Notes under the pieces: generated by a model
Told to the model about the DNA's origin: nothing
Seen by the model: only the letters and a program-made list of their open reading frames with translations
Database searches by the model: none
Position numbers and translations under genes: made by a program
Shown here: piece by piece, positions 26,385-39,405 of the stretch
Numbering within the stretch: position 1 is the first letter of the stretch
Layout of the letters: each line of letters starts with the position of its first letter
Source of the DNA: Lama glama
Taxonomy: Eukaryota
DNA: 64,000 bases
Direction of reading: 5' to 3'
NCBI GenBank assembly: GCA_028534125.1
Contig: CM052818.1
Coordinates: 39,186,001-39,250,000, forward strand

Positions 26385-26449
26385 GGGGGGGTGGGTATAG
26401 CTCAGTGGTAGAGCACTGGGTTCAATCCCCAGTACCTCCATTAAAAAAA
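26385..26449 (+). mobile_element. Vic-1-like SINE head with internal deletion
   Basis: GGGTATAGCTCAGTGGTAGAGCA-CTGGGTTCAATCCCCAGTACCTCCATTAAAAAAA. It lacks the segment between the A and B boxes that the copy at 51744 has. Confidence 0.85.
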
Positions 26450-29242
26450 TTTTTTTGAATTGAAGTTAAACACCACCCCCCCAGCCCCATTTCCCACCCC
26501 TCCCCAGTCAGGCATTTAGTGTTCTTTGTGCTTTGGCCACAAGCTTATTTCCACTGCCTTCTCCCTCCCTACATACCTATGATGTTTTAGCCTTGATTAT
26601 AGCTCCCATCCAGAAGCTGTCAGCTCTGTCTAAGACCCAACCTCATCCATCTAAGATTCCACAGACCGCCCCCCGCCCCACCAAAGCAGGAAGCAACTTC
26701 TCAGGTGCACTGATTGAGGTTGTGCCTCTCACCATAGTCTGTGCAGCAGTGCCTGAGGCTGCCTAGCCCCCAGCCAGCCCATGGGATCCTGACTGATCCT
26801 GGTCCTCATCAGTCTCCCCTGTGGGACCCAGTAGGCTGCATCTGGCCCCCACTGGACCTATTGAATCTCAGCTCTTGGCATCGGGGCCAAGCACACATGG
26901 GGTGATCCCTGGAGCTCCGGAAACCCAAACCCTGGCCTTCAAGGGTAGCTGACTGCAACCTCCTTGTGCCCCTCCATCCCCTGCTGGACTGGCCAACAAG
27001 TTCCCTGGACAACGCCCCCTACTCATTGGCCAGTCCCAACATTCACACTCATAGCTCTGTCCCTCGGCCTCTGTAATCAGAGACACTCCTACACAAACCT
27101 GAGGCAGGTTGGTACAGGAGGAGGCAAATTGCCTAGGAAAAGGTGGTGTGTTGCCCAGTGTTTTCTCCTCCTCGTTATGAGCATGAGGGAATTTTGCAAA
27201 GCAGGCCTGATACTGTCAACAAAAGCCCAAGGCCATGGAAGAGATTGTGCCAATGTCTTGCAGGGGGCGCCTTTGAGAGTAGTACCAAAGAGAGACTCCA
27301 TGCCAAGCCTGCGGGAGATCACAGTGAGGCCTGTGGACAAAAGACCAAGGAACACTCACCACCAAGGTGGTGTCCTGGGGTGATGGCCATGCCTCCAGGG
27401 AAGGCAGGGGGCCTGGCAAAGGCGGCCAAGCCCACTGGGATCCGACAGCACATCTCAGGTGGGTGATGTTGACAGCGCTAGGTACCTTCATCGAGACTCG
27501 ATTCCCAGGTAATGTCAGCCAGGCCTTGGCTAGCACACACAGTACCTTCCAGAGAATTAGAATTGGAAACAGGCCTCTGGGCAGATGAACTGTGAAAAGA
27601 CACCTCTCCTCAGCTCTGAAGCAGGCCTTGACAGATGGGGCTCAGGCTGAATTTCAGCCTCACTCCAAGGCCAGGCACTTTTGAACAATGGCCCTGGACA
27701 CCAGTGAAACACTGTAGGAAAGCCAGAAGTGCAGAGGAGAGAAAAGGGGGGTGCGTGTGTGGTGGAGGGAGCCGGCTGGTGAAACACCCTGATCAACGCA
27801 AAACGTATTTAAAATCCAGAAAAGTATACAGAAGAAAATTGAGATTGCCCATATTGTCAGTTATTTGATGTTTAAGCCTCAGAAAATTTGATGTAGAGAG
27901 AAATCAGATCCAGAGGGTCCTGTAATGCCTTTCCTTTGGACGACAATGTTGAATCTCACTGGTCTAACCTTTGCTGGGTGTCGGGCCCAGCAGCTCCCTC
28001 ACCAGCCCTGGCCTCAGCCACAGTGATAAATAAGTTTATGCTAAACATTGTTAATGTTACTGCTTCCTCTGCAGCCTGGACCCAGGAATTCCATTACTCC
28101 TCACAACTCGGGGCCCCTAGAAATCCCCCAGCCTCTGGAAAGCCATTCATTGATTCATCCTCACTCCAGAATATTTCTTGAACATCTTCTCTGCCCCATT
28201 CTTATCCTCAGGGAAAAAAAAGAAAAGAAAAATCACTGTGTGTGGAAGCAAACAGTTGCATTCCTACCCCTGTGTCCTTGGGGGCAGCTGCTCTCATTCA
28301 TCACAGCTGTCCCTCCCGCTCAGCCCTGCCTCACTTTGGCGGCGCCCTCCCGAGAGCCTCTGCTTGCCAGAGGTCTGTTTTACGTTGTTTCTCCCCGGCA
28401 GTCATTCCTGATGTCGGCCCCATGATACCCCATTGCTTTGGTCCACCTTTTGTGGCATCCTTTCCACTGGCTCAGGACTAGGCCCTGCCGTCATCTTAAT
28501 GGTCCCAGGCCAACAACAGGGAGTGATCTGTATAAAAGGGAGGGACGTATCACATAAGAAGGAGATGCGTTCGAAGCATGTGAGATTCTTAAGAGGTGAA
28601 GAGGGCAGAGGGAGTGTATTTCAGCATGAGCAGAGCAGACAGAGCCTGGGGACAGGCCAAGGGAGCCCTACACAGTGTTTCCACACTGTAAGCCTCAAGT
28701 GCTTGTGAGTGTCACACACCTGCACGTTGCACGTGTATAAGGGGTTCTCCCTGAGGCTGACCCCCAAGGGCTTTAACAGTTTCACAGTGGGAGAGGGGTG
28801 TTGACAGCTTCAAGTCACCAGGGCAGGTCCTTCCTTCCTCCCTCCCTCCCTTCCTTCCTTCATCACCAAAAAGGGCCCTTGAGTCCCACAACTGTAATAT
28901 GACTATTGTTCTTGGGGGAAAACTGCAAAGTTAATTAACTCGTAAAGGACTGTATGTGCTGAACTATGTCACCCAAGCTGTGGCCATGTGTGTGGGGGTG
29001 AGGGGGCGGGTGCAGGGGGGTGGAGAGCAGCTCTGGGGGCGGGTAGCATAGATAACAACACTTCAGCTTAACTGTCTCTTGTTCCTGAGGAAATAGCTGA
29101 TTTTTTAAACAAGCTTTTTCTTCAAGAATATGAAAATTCAAAATACAAGACCACACACAGGGAAACAGATAATTGCATAACATTGTTTGGAGCTAAAAGA
29201 ACTGTTTCTAAAAAAATCAAAATATCATACCAGCTGCACTAT

Positions 29243-29726
29243 TGTTACCGAACCAAACCGGGGTCTGCTCGCCCGCAGGCAGTGGACCCAATCTCCTGAC
29301 ACCAGGTTGTGGTGAAGGAAAGGGCGGCATTGACTGCAGGGCACCCAGCAAGGAGTCCAGGTATAGCCAGTGCTCAAAACACCCAAACGCCCAGTGGTTG
29401 AGGGAGGCCTTTTAAAGGCCAGGTGGAGGGGAGTCATGGAATTATGGGATCAGTTTGTGCACAATGTTTTGATTGGTTGATGGTGAGGTAACAGGGCGGG
29501 GTCACAGGGGTTAACATGATCAATCCTCAGGCTCCAGTAGGTCTGGGGACAACGGAATCATCGGGTGGTTAACAGCTTCCATTTGGTGGGGGTTTAACGT
29601 CTATAAAACAACTCAGGAAATGTGCATCCCATACTGTTATCTGGGTACTTCAGATAGGAGGTAAAGCAGAGGGTACGGGGGAAGGGTTTATCCCAGGAAG
29701 GCCCCATAAGGTCCTGATCAGTTACA
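29243..29726 (-). mobile_element. ERV1-class solo LTR (484 bp)
   Basis: TGTTACC...GTTACA termini. Perfect 4-bp TSD CTAT at 29239-29242 and 29727-29730. Many CpGs retained. Confidence 0.9.
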
Positions 29727-31427
29727 CTATCAGCAAGCACAAATGAACAGTTGATGTGTGTAAGTATGTATTGTCAGTAAACAATGTGCATTTAACTCCT
29801 CCCCAGGCCAGTGCTCTGGCATGTGTGTGGTGACAGCTGGCCACCCTAAGTGGGGCGGGTTCCCGGGGGGGGGGGAGTGTCCAAGATGAGCAAAAGGAAG
29901 AGACCGAGGGGGCTGCAGTGAACACCGAGCACATGACATTCTCTATACTATTTAAAAGAGTTCATAGACTCCTTGAAACTCAAGAACAGTAGAAGCTAAA
30001 AAAAAAAAAAAAGAACAATAAAAGCTAGAGAAAATTCTTTCTCCCATGGAAAAAGCACCATAAATCCTTTGAATCAACAAGTCCTTGTAAGAAAAAAAAA
30101 ACATGAAAACTATATTTGGTAAGCTTGGTTTTAATTTAAAAAATTAAACTTTATGTTGGAAAGTTAATCTTGTTCAAATGCTATCATGTCCTCAGAGAAG
30201 AGGTCCTCATTCTACCCAGACAGGACACTGGATCCCCGATCCTGTGTGACACTGCCAGCTGCAAAAATTTCTTCCAGAGTAAATTCAGCAAAGATTTATT
30301 GAAAAAAAAAAGTAAATAAACCCAGGTTATTTGATTCCAAAGTCTGTTTTTTTTTTTCCCTTTATACCACAAGTACCAAATTAGGCAGATCTTTAGTTAT
30401 TTGATAGCTATGATTAAATTTTTGAACTATAATCAAAGGATGTAATTTAAAAAGAAAATTATTGCGTTTACATTCCCAGCACTGTGCTGAAGGAAAAGCT
30501 TAGAAAAAGAAACTCATACTCTGGTCAGGGGAAAGGGCCACAGAGCCAGGCAGGAGGTAGGACAGAGCAGTCTGCGATGACAGGGAGAGAGCCACAGCTA
30601 CCCGTCCAAGTGCAGGCCCTGCAGGCCTGGATGGCTTCCTGGAAGAGACTGGTTGGACCTTAAAGGCACAGAGTGGCATGGTGGGGTGGGGGAGGAGGTT
30701 AGGGAGGGTGGAATTAGTTGACTGGAAAAGAAGTAGCTTTAAGTGCAATCTTTACCCTTGCCAAGCCTGAAGTTTCCAGTCTGGCCCCTTAAGGGAGTGA
30801 GAACAGAGTCCCCTGAGAGCCCTCCCAGCTCTGAATTCCAAGACTGCCCAAGGGAAGAGCAGAAGCAAAGGCCCTGGGGCTGGACGGAGCCATAGTGAGG
30901 TGTTGCTTCACCCTGGAGTGCTGCCTGCTCAGAGTATTGGCTCTATGTTAGGGGACTAAAGGGGAAAGACTGCTTAAGTGCTGGAAAGATTGGACTTGGT
31001 GCTTTAGGCAGTGGGAGCCATTGTAGGTCCTAGAGGAGGGAGGTAGTCCAAACCACTGAGGACGCAGTAAGGAGAGAATAGGCCCCTGCATATGAGCTGG
31101 GTTAGATGTTTTGTTTCTCTCTGCAGATCCATTCTCTTCCCTGCTCCGGGCTAAGGAACCCCGGAGGATGGCATCAAGGGACTCCCTCGCTAAAGGAGGT
31201 ACAGCTGGAGATCAGAGGAGGAGAGAAAAAAAGTGTGGGGATTTACTCCTTCCCTCACCACCCCCTCTGCCCATTCCCTCCTCGCCTGGCTGAGCTCTGG
31301 CTCTGGGTTGGCTGGGTTCCTCTGCCCATGTTGCTCCACCAGGTTGCTTGGGGGGGGGGGTTTCCCTCCCATCACCCTCGTGGCCCAGCTGTCTGCTGTA
31401 GCTAGTCCTTGGATGTCCTTAACTTTG

Positions 31428-32216
31428 CATTGCTAGAAGGAAAAAAAATACAGGATGCCCTGTTAGATTTGCATTTCAAAGAAATAAATGTTACCTGAAA
31501 ACTGTGGTTCACCTCTTGGTGGGTGTCGAACCAAAAGACACAACCAAACCAAAGAGCAGGAGAAGGAAGGATTTATTACTTGCAGTAAGTAAGGAGAACA
31601 CCAGGGAGCTTTCCCAAAGCAGTGTTTCCCTGAACAGCAAAACTGGGGAAATTTTAAGCCATGGGTACATGTATATTCATGAAGGGATTTGGATGGTAGG
31701 CGGAGCCCAAACTTTAGCTGAGTGAAGTCATGAGGGTCAGAAAAGGTCAACATCATCATCTCTTAGATTCCAGTTGATCTGGTGGTTGAGACCCTGAGGC
31801 AGGATTTAAATTCCCCAAAAAGCTCAAGACAGTGCTTTAGACTAGCCGTGACCAATGAAATAGAACTGGGAGTCTTTACAAGGGATTTGTTGTCTTTGCT
31901 ATTGTCACTTCTCTTTGTCCTTTTCTTCTCAAAAGAACATTATTCCTGAGACGTGTTCAGGGACAAGCATTGTGGCCAGGCTTAGATCTCAAAAAGACTT
32001 GGGCTAAAAATGGCTTCTCTTATGTCAAGAAAGCCATGTCTAGTTCTCTTTCTCTGGGGACCCTCTGCCCTATCTGCCTACATAATAAATAATTCTTTTT
32101 GTGTATGTCCCCAATATAATAGCTATAAGTAATTATCCTAAAAAAAATTGTTGTTTAGATGAAGTTCAAATTTAACTGCGCATCCTGTATTTTTATGTAC
32201 TAAATCTGGCAACACC
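31428..32216. mobile_element. MER53 (palindromic hAT MITE) split by an LTR
   Basis: Left arm AAAATACAGGATGCCCTGTTAGATTTGCATTTCA. Right arm TGAAGTTCAAATTTAACTGCGCATCCTGTATTTT...TCTGGCAAC. The two arms are inverted repeats. Confidence 0.85.
31489..32082 (-). mobile_element. ERV1-class solo LTR (594 bp)
   Basis: The minus strand starts TGTAGGCAGATAGGG and ends GGTAACA, with AATAAA on the minus strand near 31572-31577. Flanks TAAA/TAAT form an imperfect 4-bp TSD. Confidence 0.9.
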
Positions 32217-32694
32217 ATTGGAATCTCCCCCAATCCTGCCCACAGGCTGTACTGGACCTTTCTTCTCTGTTGGAGGGAAACCCTTGGACAGGGCGTTCCA
32301 TTTCCTGCTGTTTCTGACCAACACACAAGCTGTCCTCTTTCCATTGAGTTTCTTGGGGTTGCAGAAGCAGCAGGCCCTGCCCCTCAGGGAGGGTGAGGTT
32401 TGCCAAGCCTGATTCCCCCCACCCCAGCCCAGGTCAGCGGCCAGCACACAGTCCCTTCTTCTGTCACTGCCTCCCGCAGTGCCTGATGCACAGAGACCCT
32501 GAGGGGCCCTCATGTGAACAAGAAGCCAGGTTATCTGCACCAATGCAGGGTGCATTTGGTCTGTGCCTGAGAACGACAGCTGAACAGACTCAGCCTCCCT
32601 GACAGGCTGGGCCATCTGGGAGGAGACCCTTGTGATACTCAGGGCATCATGGCTGGAGGCGGCCAGGGCAGTGGAACAGCCTGGGAGCCATAGA

Positions 32695-32850
32695 TGTGAA
32701 TCTTGCTTTGCCTCTTACTGGATGGGTGGCCCTGACCACTCTGAGTTTCAGTTTCCCCATCTGTAACCTGGAGACATGCCCACCCCCAGGGGTGTCAGGA
32801 AGAATACATATGTAAAAATTTTGGCACATAGAAGGTGTTTCAAAAATAGA
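32695..32850 (+). mobile_element. MIR
   Basis: GTGAATCTTGCTTTGCCTCTTACTG...CTCTGAGTTTCAGTTTCCCCATCTGTAA...TGGCACATAG. Confidence 0.75.
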
Positions 32851-34716
32851 AATTATTTGTAGATATCATTCATTGTATATGTCTGTCTCCTCCGTGAGAC
32901 TGTGAGCCCTCGAGGCCAGGAACCATGTCTTCTCAGCATCTACCCAGGGCCTGGCAGAGGGCAAGGCTCAGGAATGTCAACGGAGAGTGAGGTAAACTGC
33001 GTTCGCCGTCTGACAACAGTTGCAGAATCAGCAAGAGAATGCTCTCTCTGAGTTAAGCTTCTGGGACGGGAGAGCTCATTACGAGGGACCCAATCCAGGC
33101 CTTCCGAGGCCCTGAATCCTGTGTGAGGAACAACAGAGTTAGCACGAGCCCTTGGATGGCTTTTCCAGCTCTCCAGCACCCCCCCCATCTTTCCTGTGCC
33201 TGTGATCCAGCTTTGCTGACACGTTGAGTATAAGCTTTGTCTGTTTGCTACGAGGTCTAGTACTGGGAGGTGGGGCAGCGGCAGGGCATTCCTGGGGCGA
33301 GAGACCTCCTGCCGGAGAGCAGGCAAGCCCTCCCGCAGCCCTCTGGCGCCTTCCGTCCCTTGGGAGAGCCAGGATTTCTCCTCCAGGGCCACAACTTGGC
33401 AAAACCAGCCTGATCCTGGTTGGTCTCCCCTGGGCCACAGCGCACTCACCAGCTCTGGGATGCCCCGGGCCAGAAGCCCAGGAGTTTCAAGGTGGATTAT
33501 CAAAGGGGCAGGGGTGAAGGGGGCCTTTTAGGGAGTACAGCTCAGACGCCTCTACTCCCAGGTGACAGTGGGGCTTCTGAGGACCCAGGATCTACTGCTG
33601 GGGCCAGCTGACTGCTGGTTTGACGTCAGGCTGGGTGTGGGCTCCATCACAGACCACCCAGCACAGGCTTCATCTGGGCTTTGCCAAATAAACACAGTTA
33701 GCAACACCTGACCACACAAGACCAGACGCCTCCTGGACTCAGACCTCCGCATGCCCACATCTCACTAAATTCAGTGCTTGGAGCCAGGTCAGACCAGGAC
33801 AGAGGTAAGCCAGTGGAGGCCAGGGAGATCGGAACCACCGGGTAGGTCGGAAGGCCTGTCTGTCTGCCAGGGGGACGCAGGCCAGAGACCTACCCAGTCC
33901 ATATCCCGGGTGCCCTTCTGCAGAGAGGAGGGAGGAGGGGATAGAAAGCTGAGCTAAGCTGTCCAAGTGACATCATCCAGAGGAATCATTTAAATGAAGG
34001 CATCTGATGAAGTCTCTGGAACGGACAAAAGGCGTTTTGCTTTTCTTTCTCCTTTGTGGTTGGTAGCTTATTGGGCAGATTGGATCTACCTTATACAACA
34101 ATTAAAAAGCTGTTTTCTCTGCAAGTCTGAGTTGTGATGTGGCTCAACTTGGGACCTTGCAGCAAATAGAGAAAGTGTTTCAATAAAGTCAAGAATTACA
34201 GAGTCACTGAGGCCACCAGAGGGACCAAGGGTGTTTTGAGGACATGTCTGAGGCTGGCGTCCAGGGCAGCATACTTTTACATCTGTTGTCAAGTGGACTT
34301 GAGCCATGGCATAGAGATCTTCTGAGTTCTCTCTGGTCATTTTAGCAACAAGCCATCTCTCTGTGGCCCCATGTCAGGGGCCAGAGGACCTGAGCTCGGA
34401 GTGGCCACAGGCTGTTGGCCTGCAGGAGGGCTGGAGGGCTGGAGGGGCTCCCACTGACCACAGCTGAAAGAGCCCCCCACACCCCACCCTCTCCCTGAAG
34501 TGCGTCATCCTGAACTCATTTAAGTGTCTGGTGGGATCTCTGAGAGACGTGTTTCAACCTTTCTCAAAGGACGGCAAGGACCCTGGCACAGCCTCCTGGC
34601 CTTGTTTCAGGAAGGCCCTTGGAGATCACGCAGTCTTGTCCCTCCTGCCGGTTTCTGAGCTCTCTCTCTCTCTCAACAGTGGCTGCTTCCCTCCTGCCCC
34701 TATTCTCTTGCGTGTT

Positions 34717-35087
34717 TGTTGACCTGAAATAAATAGACTGCTGTATATTTCTCCATCAAAAAAACAGGCTTATTCAAGATCAGCAGAGAATTGCAATTTG
34801 GGGTCTGCAACCCTGGTGAGCCATGTGCAAGTGCCCACACAGCAAGGAAAGGAAAATGCTTTTATAGAGAGGAAAGGAAGTCAGGAGGCCTCTAGTAAGC
34901 AGAGTCAATGGCTTTTCATTGGCTGGGTCCTTGCCAGAAACAAAGAGGAGTCTTTCTTCCTCCTGTTAGGCTCTGCTATTGTGACAGGGCGTGAGAGCAC
35001 GGCCCGCAACACCCCTACCCCATCCCCTCCCCTCTTTTGGTCTCTTGACTCTATTTAATTGAGGTTTCTGTTTATTAATTTTTTACA
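34717..35087 (-). mobile_element. ERV1-class solo LTR (371 bp)
   Basis: TGTTGACC...TTTTTACA termini. TATA-like CTATAAAAG on the minus strand (34859-34867) and a CCAAT box (ATTGG at 34918). Flanks TGTT/TATT form a 1-mismatch 4-bp TSD. Confidence 0.8.
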
Positions 35088-35480
35088 TATTCCATCTGCC
35101 ACCCCTTCTTTGCCGTGATCTGCCCTGGGGGGCTGACAGATAGGGACTGCATCACCCGTGTGCCCCTGCTTCCTGGCTTCTGCTTGGGTTTGGCCAAGGG
35201 GAGGTACCAGTAGAAGATGGCAAGGCAGCGGGAGAGAAAGGACTAGGTGTTCATCCCCATCTGTACACACACACACACACCTCCCACACACAAATAGCCC
35301 CCTCGCAGGTGACACAGTTCCCTCCCCTGGTCCCTTCAGCCTAGAACTGTTCACGCTTCCTCAGAATCTGGTCCTAGGGGCTTTGACATCCCTTTGGCTC
35401 CCTTAACTGTGTCCATGCCTTTGACCAGTCCTTTAATTCCTTTCAGTTAAACCTTTGTGAGTCCTGCCAGGAAGACCACC
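35088..35480 (-). mobile_element. ERVL LTR33-like element
   Basis: GGACTGCATCACC...CTGGCTTCTGCTTGGGTTTGGCCAA...CCCTTCAGCCTAG...CCCTTAACTGTGTCCA...TTCAGTTAAACCTTTG. Confidence 0.7.
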
Positions 35481-37227
35481 TCAGAGAGGTCCTCGCTGCC
35501 CTTCTAACACCCTGGACACCCCAGGGCCTCTACAATGGTTCTGGAAAACCCCTGGGCTAAAGACTGGGTCTCAGCTGAAGGGCAATGTTGATGCTACCTG
35601 TTGCATTTCTCAGATGCCCTTCCCTCCAGGACCTCTGAAGCCTGATGACCTGAGAAGGTTTGGAAGCTCCTGCCTCTGGACCTGTCTGCCACCGAGGTCA
35701 CCTTCCCTCTAATCCTAAGACCTTTCTAGTCAGTGGATCCCTTGGCAGAATCATCATAACCTTTCTAAGAGACAAACCCACTGGATCTATCCCAGGACCC
35801 TGGGAAGATATGGCGTCTCCTTTACCATCACCATCACCACCATGATCTCAAAAGCATGAACAGAATAGCCCTGGGGTCAAATGTGGGTCACATGTGGCAG
35901 AGGCTGGGCTACACGGGGCTCCAGAACAACCAAGGGAACTTTACACCTTGGGCGCCTGCAAACTGGAAGCTGAGAGCTGGCTCTCTTTCCACCTGACAGA
36001 CTCATGCAAGGTCCAGCTCAGTTCTCGAATGTCACCTCTTCTGTGAGCCCTCCTTCCCCAGAATTAATTATGGACTGTGTCCCCTCAGAGTCTGGGGACA
36101 TCTCACATTGTGTTAGTTACTGGTTTACCTGCTGATCCCTGTCCTCCCAGGCAGGACTTGGATCAGGCAAGTCAACATTTTCTAGATGTTCACAAGTATG
36201 TATGACAAAACATGCCTCAACTTTAATTTGCCCGGGATCAAGGCCAAGAAATTCACCCAGACAGTTTCATTTGCCTTTCCTGAAGACCAGTGGGAACCAG
36301 GAACATCCTAGGGTTTTCGGTGGTTGGAAAATGAGCTCACTTTACAGGCATTTCCTTTGCTTAGATTAATAAGAGGAGAAAATGCTTGACCTCAAGTCAG
36401 GAGACCTCAGCTGAAATCCACACTCCACTGCTTGTTTCTGGGTAACCCTCAGCAGTTGACTTCAGCTGTCCATCCCTCAGGCTCCTCATCCAAGAAGCCC
36501 TGAACACAATAATGGATGGGGAGAGCATGGCCCTATAAGGAAGCTTGGTAAGGACAGGAGTCTGGCTGAGCCCTAGTGCTGCAACCCTGAAGGAGCCACA
36601 AGGCTAGAAGGGAGTGGTGGTCCCCCAGGACTGTGTTTGGCAAAACAATAGATGAACTTCTTGATTTGGCTCTGCATTTGAGGACACAGTCACCCCAGAT
36701 TTGGAGAGGGAGGAACTGGGGAGGGTGCTTGCTGGAACTGTTTGGTTTGAGAGGAAAAAGAGGAGATTTGGGAAGCAGAAAGAGAGAGAAGGAAGGAGGA
36801 GCTGCTCTAGGGAGAAGAACTTGGGGGAAGAACAGATTTAGAGCAGGCATTTCTGAGTGAGTGCAGAATAACATTTCTTCCCCAGGAAGTCCTCTCTAAG
36901 ACTTACCCTGTGCACCAGTGTCTTGGCGGTAGATAGGTGATTTAAGGGGCTACAGTGATGAGCTGAGACTAGTCACAAGGGAAATGGGATGAGGAACGTG
37001 ACTGTCCCCTAATCACATTGGGCTACATGAGGCTGGGCTGATTTGTAAGGGAATATAGCAGGCATATAACAGTGTAATAGCGCCCCCTCGACACATTCTA
37101 AGTCTTGCCCCTTTAACACCCCCTCCTCCCTGGAGTATGGCCACAGAGTAGGAGTCAGACCTTCTTGCAGACACCTAAACTTTTGTACACAGGAGATTCT
37201 GCCTAATCAATTAAGAACGAGCTTCAA

Positions 37228-37393
37228 AAAAACAAGGTTCTACCATGTAGCACAGGGAGCTACATTCAATACCTTGTAATAACCTATAATTAAAAGGAAT
37301 ATGAAAAAGAATATATATGTATAGCTGAATCACTATGCTATACACCAGAAGCTAACACAACATTGTAAATTAACTATACTCCAACTAAAAAAA
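37228..37393 (+). mobile_element. 5'-truncated cetartiodactyl-type L1, 3' end
   Basis: TAGCACAGGGAGCTACATTCAATACCTTGTAATAACCTATAAT...TACACCAGAAGCTAACACAACATTGTAAAT, followed by an A tail. Confidence 0.9.
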
Positions 37394-38076
37394 GAGAATG
37401 CTCACCAGGTATAGGATTGAGACCTAACACACATGCAAGTCCTCTGTTTCTGAGTGCATAGGTGGCAAAAATTGCTGCAGAAAGAAAAGAAGCCAGTTGA
37501 GAAAAAACAGAGCTAATCCAAGATGAATTAAGCTTTTGTTGCTCTAGGAGGAGGAAGGATGAAGAAATGTCACATTCTCAGAAGGTCCTTAAGAAAATGA
37601 GTTTATAATGGTTCAATAAGCCAGGTCATTGCTGATCTGAGTGATAAGAAAATGATTAACATAGATTTAATTTCCATAGGACCTGAGTGTTCAAGATGAG
37701 GGTAGTCCCTTCAATGATTCTCTGCCCTGAAAGTCCTCCTTGCTACCCCAAGGCTGCCATGTTATCTGACCTGGTGACTCCTTCCCTGGAGCCTTGGCTG
37801 GGCTTCTCACTGCTCTCAGGTGCCACAGGACTTTCTCCCTTCCCAGCCTGGGAATATCTCATCTCTGACTCTGGTGCTGGATCCAGACACACTCTTCCCA
37901 CACCCTCCAGGACCTCTAGTGAAATGGCATTTCTGTTTCTGGCTCCCACAAATACAGAGAAATTGTTAGGCTGTTTTACAGCCATCCTGTAATTCCAGGA
38001 CCGTGGAATTATAAGGTCTGCTTGAAAAATGAAGTGGCAGGCAGAGGAGTGAAGCAAAGAAAGGAAAAATAGAGAA

Positions 38077-38079
38077 TTT

Positions 38080-38178
<99 letters not shown>
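38077..38178. repeat. Perfect (TTTC)n tetranucleotide microsatellite, about 25 units
   Basis: Directly visible. Confidence 0.97.
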
Positions 38179-39297
38179 GGTGAAAGTATGAGAGAGAACT
38201 TTTCAGTAAAAATTTCTGCCATGAGTGAAGGCAGAGAGTCAGGGAAACCCCTGCATGTTCGAGGCAACAGAAGATTAGAGTGATGGCCATGGAGATAGGG
38301 AGAAAGGGCCACTTGTAAACATATTTTGGTGATAGGACCAACAGTACCTGCTAATGGAGGTGGATGAGGGGCTTGAGTAATCATTTTGCTTAAGCATTTG
38401 GTGTAAATAACTTCTGGTTTGAAGACTGGGGGCACTGACCACACACCAGGCAAGAATGTATAGCAGACATGTATTTTTGCCTCAAGTGGGATGGTTCTGG
38501 CCAGGGCGTGGAATCGGGCTGTCCATCCGAAGAACAATGCTGTCATGTGAGGGTGGTAGTTACATCAAAGCAAAAAGCTGCCACCGGCACTGTTGTATCT
38601 TGGAAGCTCTCAGAAGCCTTGGTTTTATTTGTCTTTTGGAATAGGGTGCTGAAAACATGATGCAAGATACTGAAGATACAAGCTGTACTTTTCTCAAAAA
38701 TCCACCAAATGCACTTAAACCTCTTCAAAGAGTCCAGGAAATAAACAAGCTTTTAATTACATATTACAATGAAAAAAGAAACTTACATTTTTAAGGACAG
38801 CTAGACCAGTGGGCCAAATGCCTTTTTAAACTTTTTCCTTCTGATTTTAGTAGGACATAGCAGTTGGTTCTTCACTGGGTCCTGAGCCATGAAATGTTGG
38901 CTTTCTGGGAAAAAGGGAAAGGAAAAAACATCTATTAAAGAATTCCCTTCCCCCTCCCTCCCCAGAGAAATGCCAATAAAACAGTGGAAATACCAAAAAT
39001 TTGCTTTACAATGTGTCCATGGGTTGGTTAAGTGAGTGGCAGCAAGGCTGGGGTTCTGTTCACTGTTTTGAAAACATCTGACAAAGGATGGGGTGGGGTG
39101 GTCAGGGTGAGATAGGGAAGTAGGGAATCAACTCAGCCTAGAGTCCAGGGAAGTCAGGGGTTGTGGGAGAAGGGACTAGAGAGAGAGGGACATGGGAAGG
39201 AGGGAAGAGAGCTGGAGAAATTTGGAACTTCACAGCATATGACAGCATTGCCGGTAACCACTACCATATGTTGATCATGAAGTTGCAACACATGCTG

Positions 39298-39329
39298 GTT
39301 TTTCTTTTCTTTCCTTCTTTCCTTCCTTT

Positions 39330-39405
<76 letters not shown>

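Larger units (their letters stand above)
31105..32325 (-). mobile_element. ERVL LTR33-like element interrupted by MER53 and an ERV1 LTR
   Basis: Left part CAGCTGGAGATCAGAGGAGGAGAGA...GCTAGTCCTTGGATG. Right part CCTGCCCACAGGCTGTA...TTTCCTGCTG...CTGACC. Similar to 35088-35480. Confidence 0.55.

Noticed and set aside
1..32082. Related LTRs at 1-360 and 31489-32082 as the ends of one provirus
   Set aside because: They are in opposite orientation, 31 kb apart, with no gag/pol/env between them, and the second has its own TSD.
37743..38546. 267-aa ORF with ERKK repeats
   Set aside because: The repeat is the translation of the (TTTC)n microsatellite, and the flanks include L2-like sequence.
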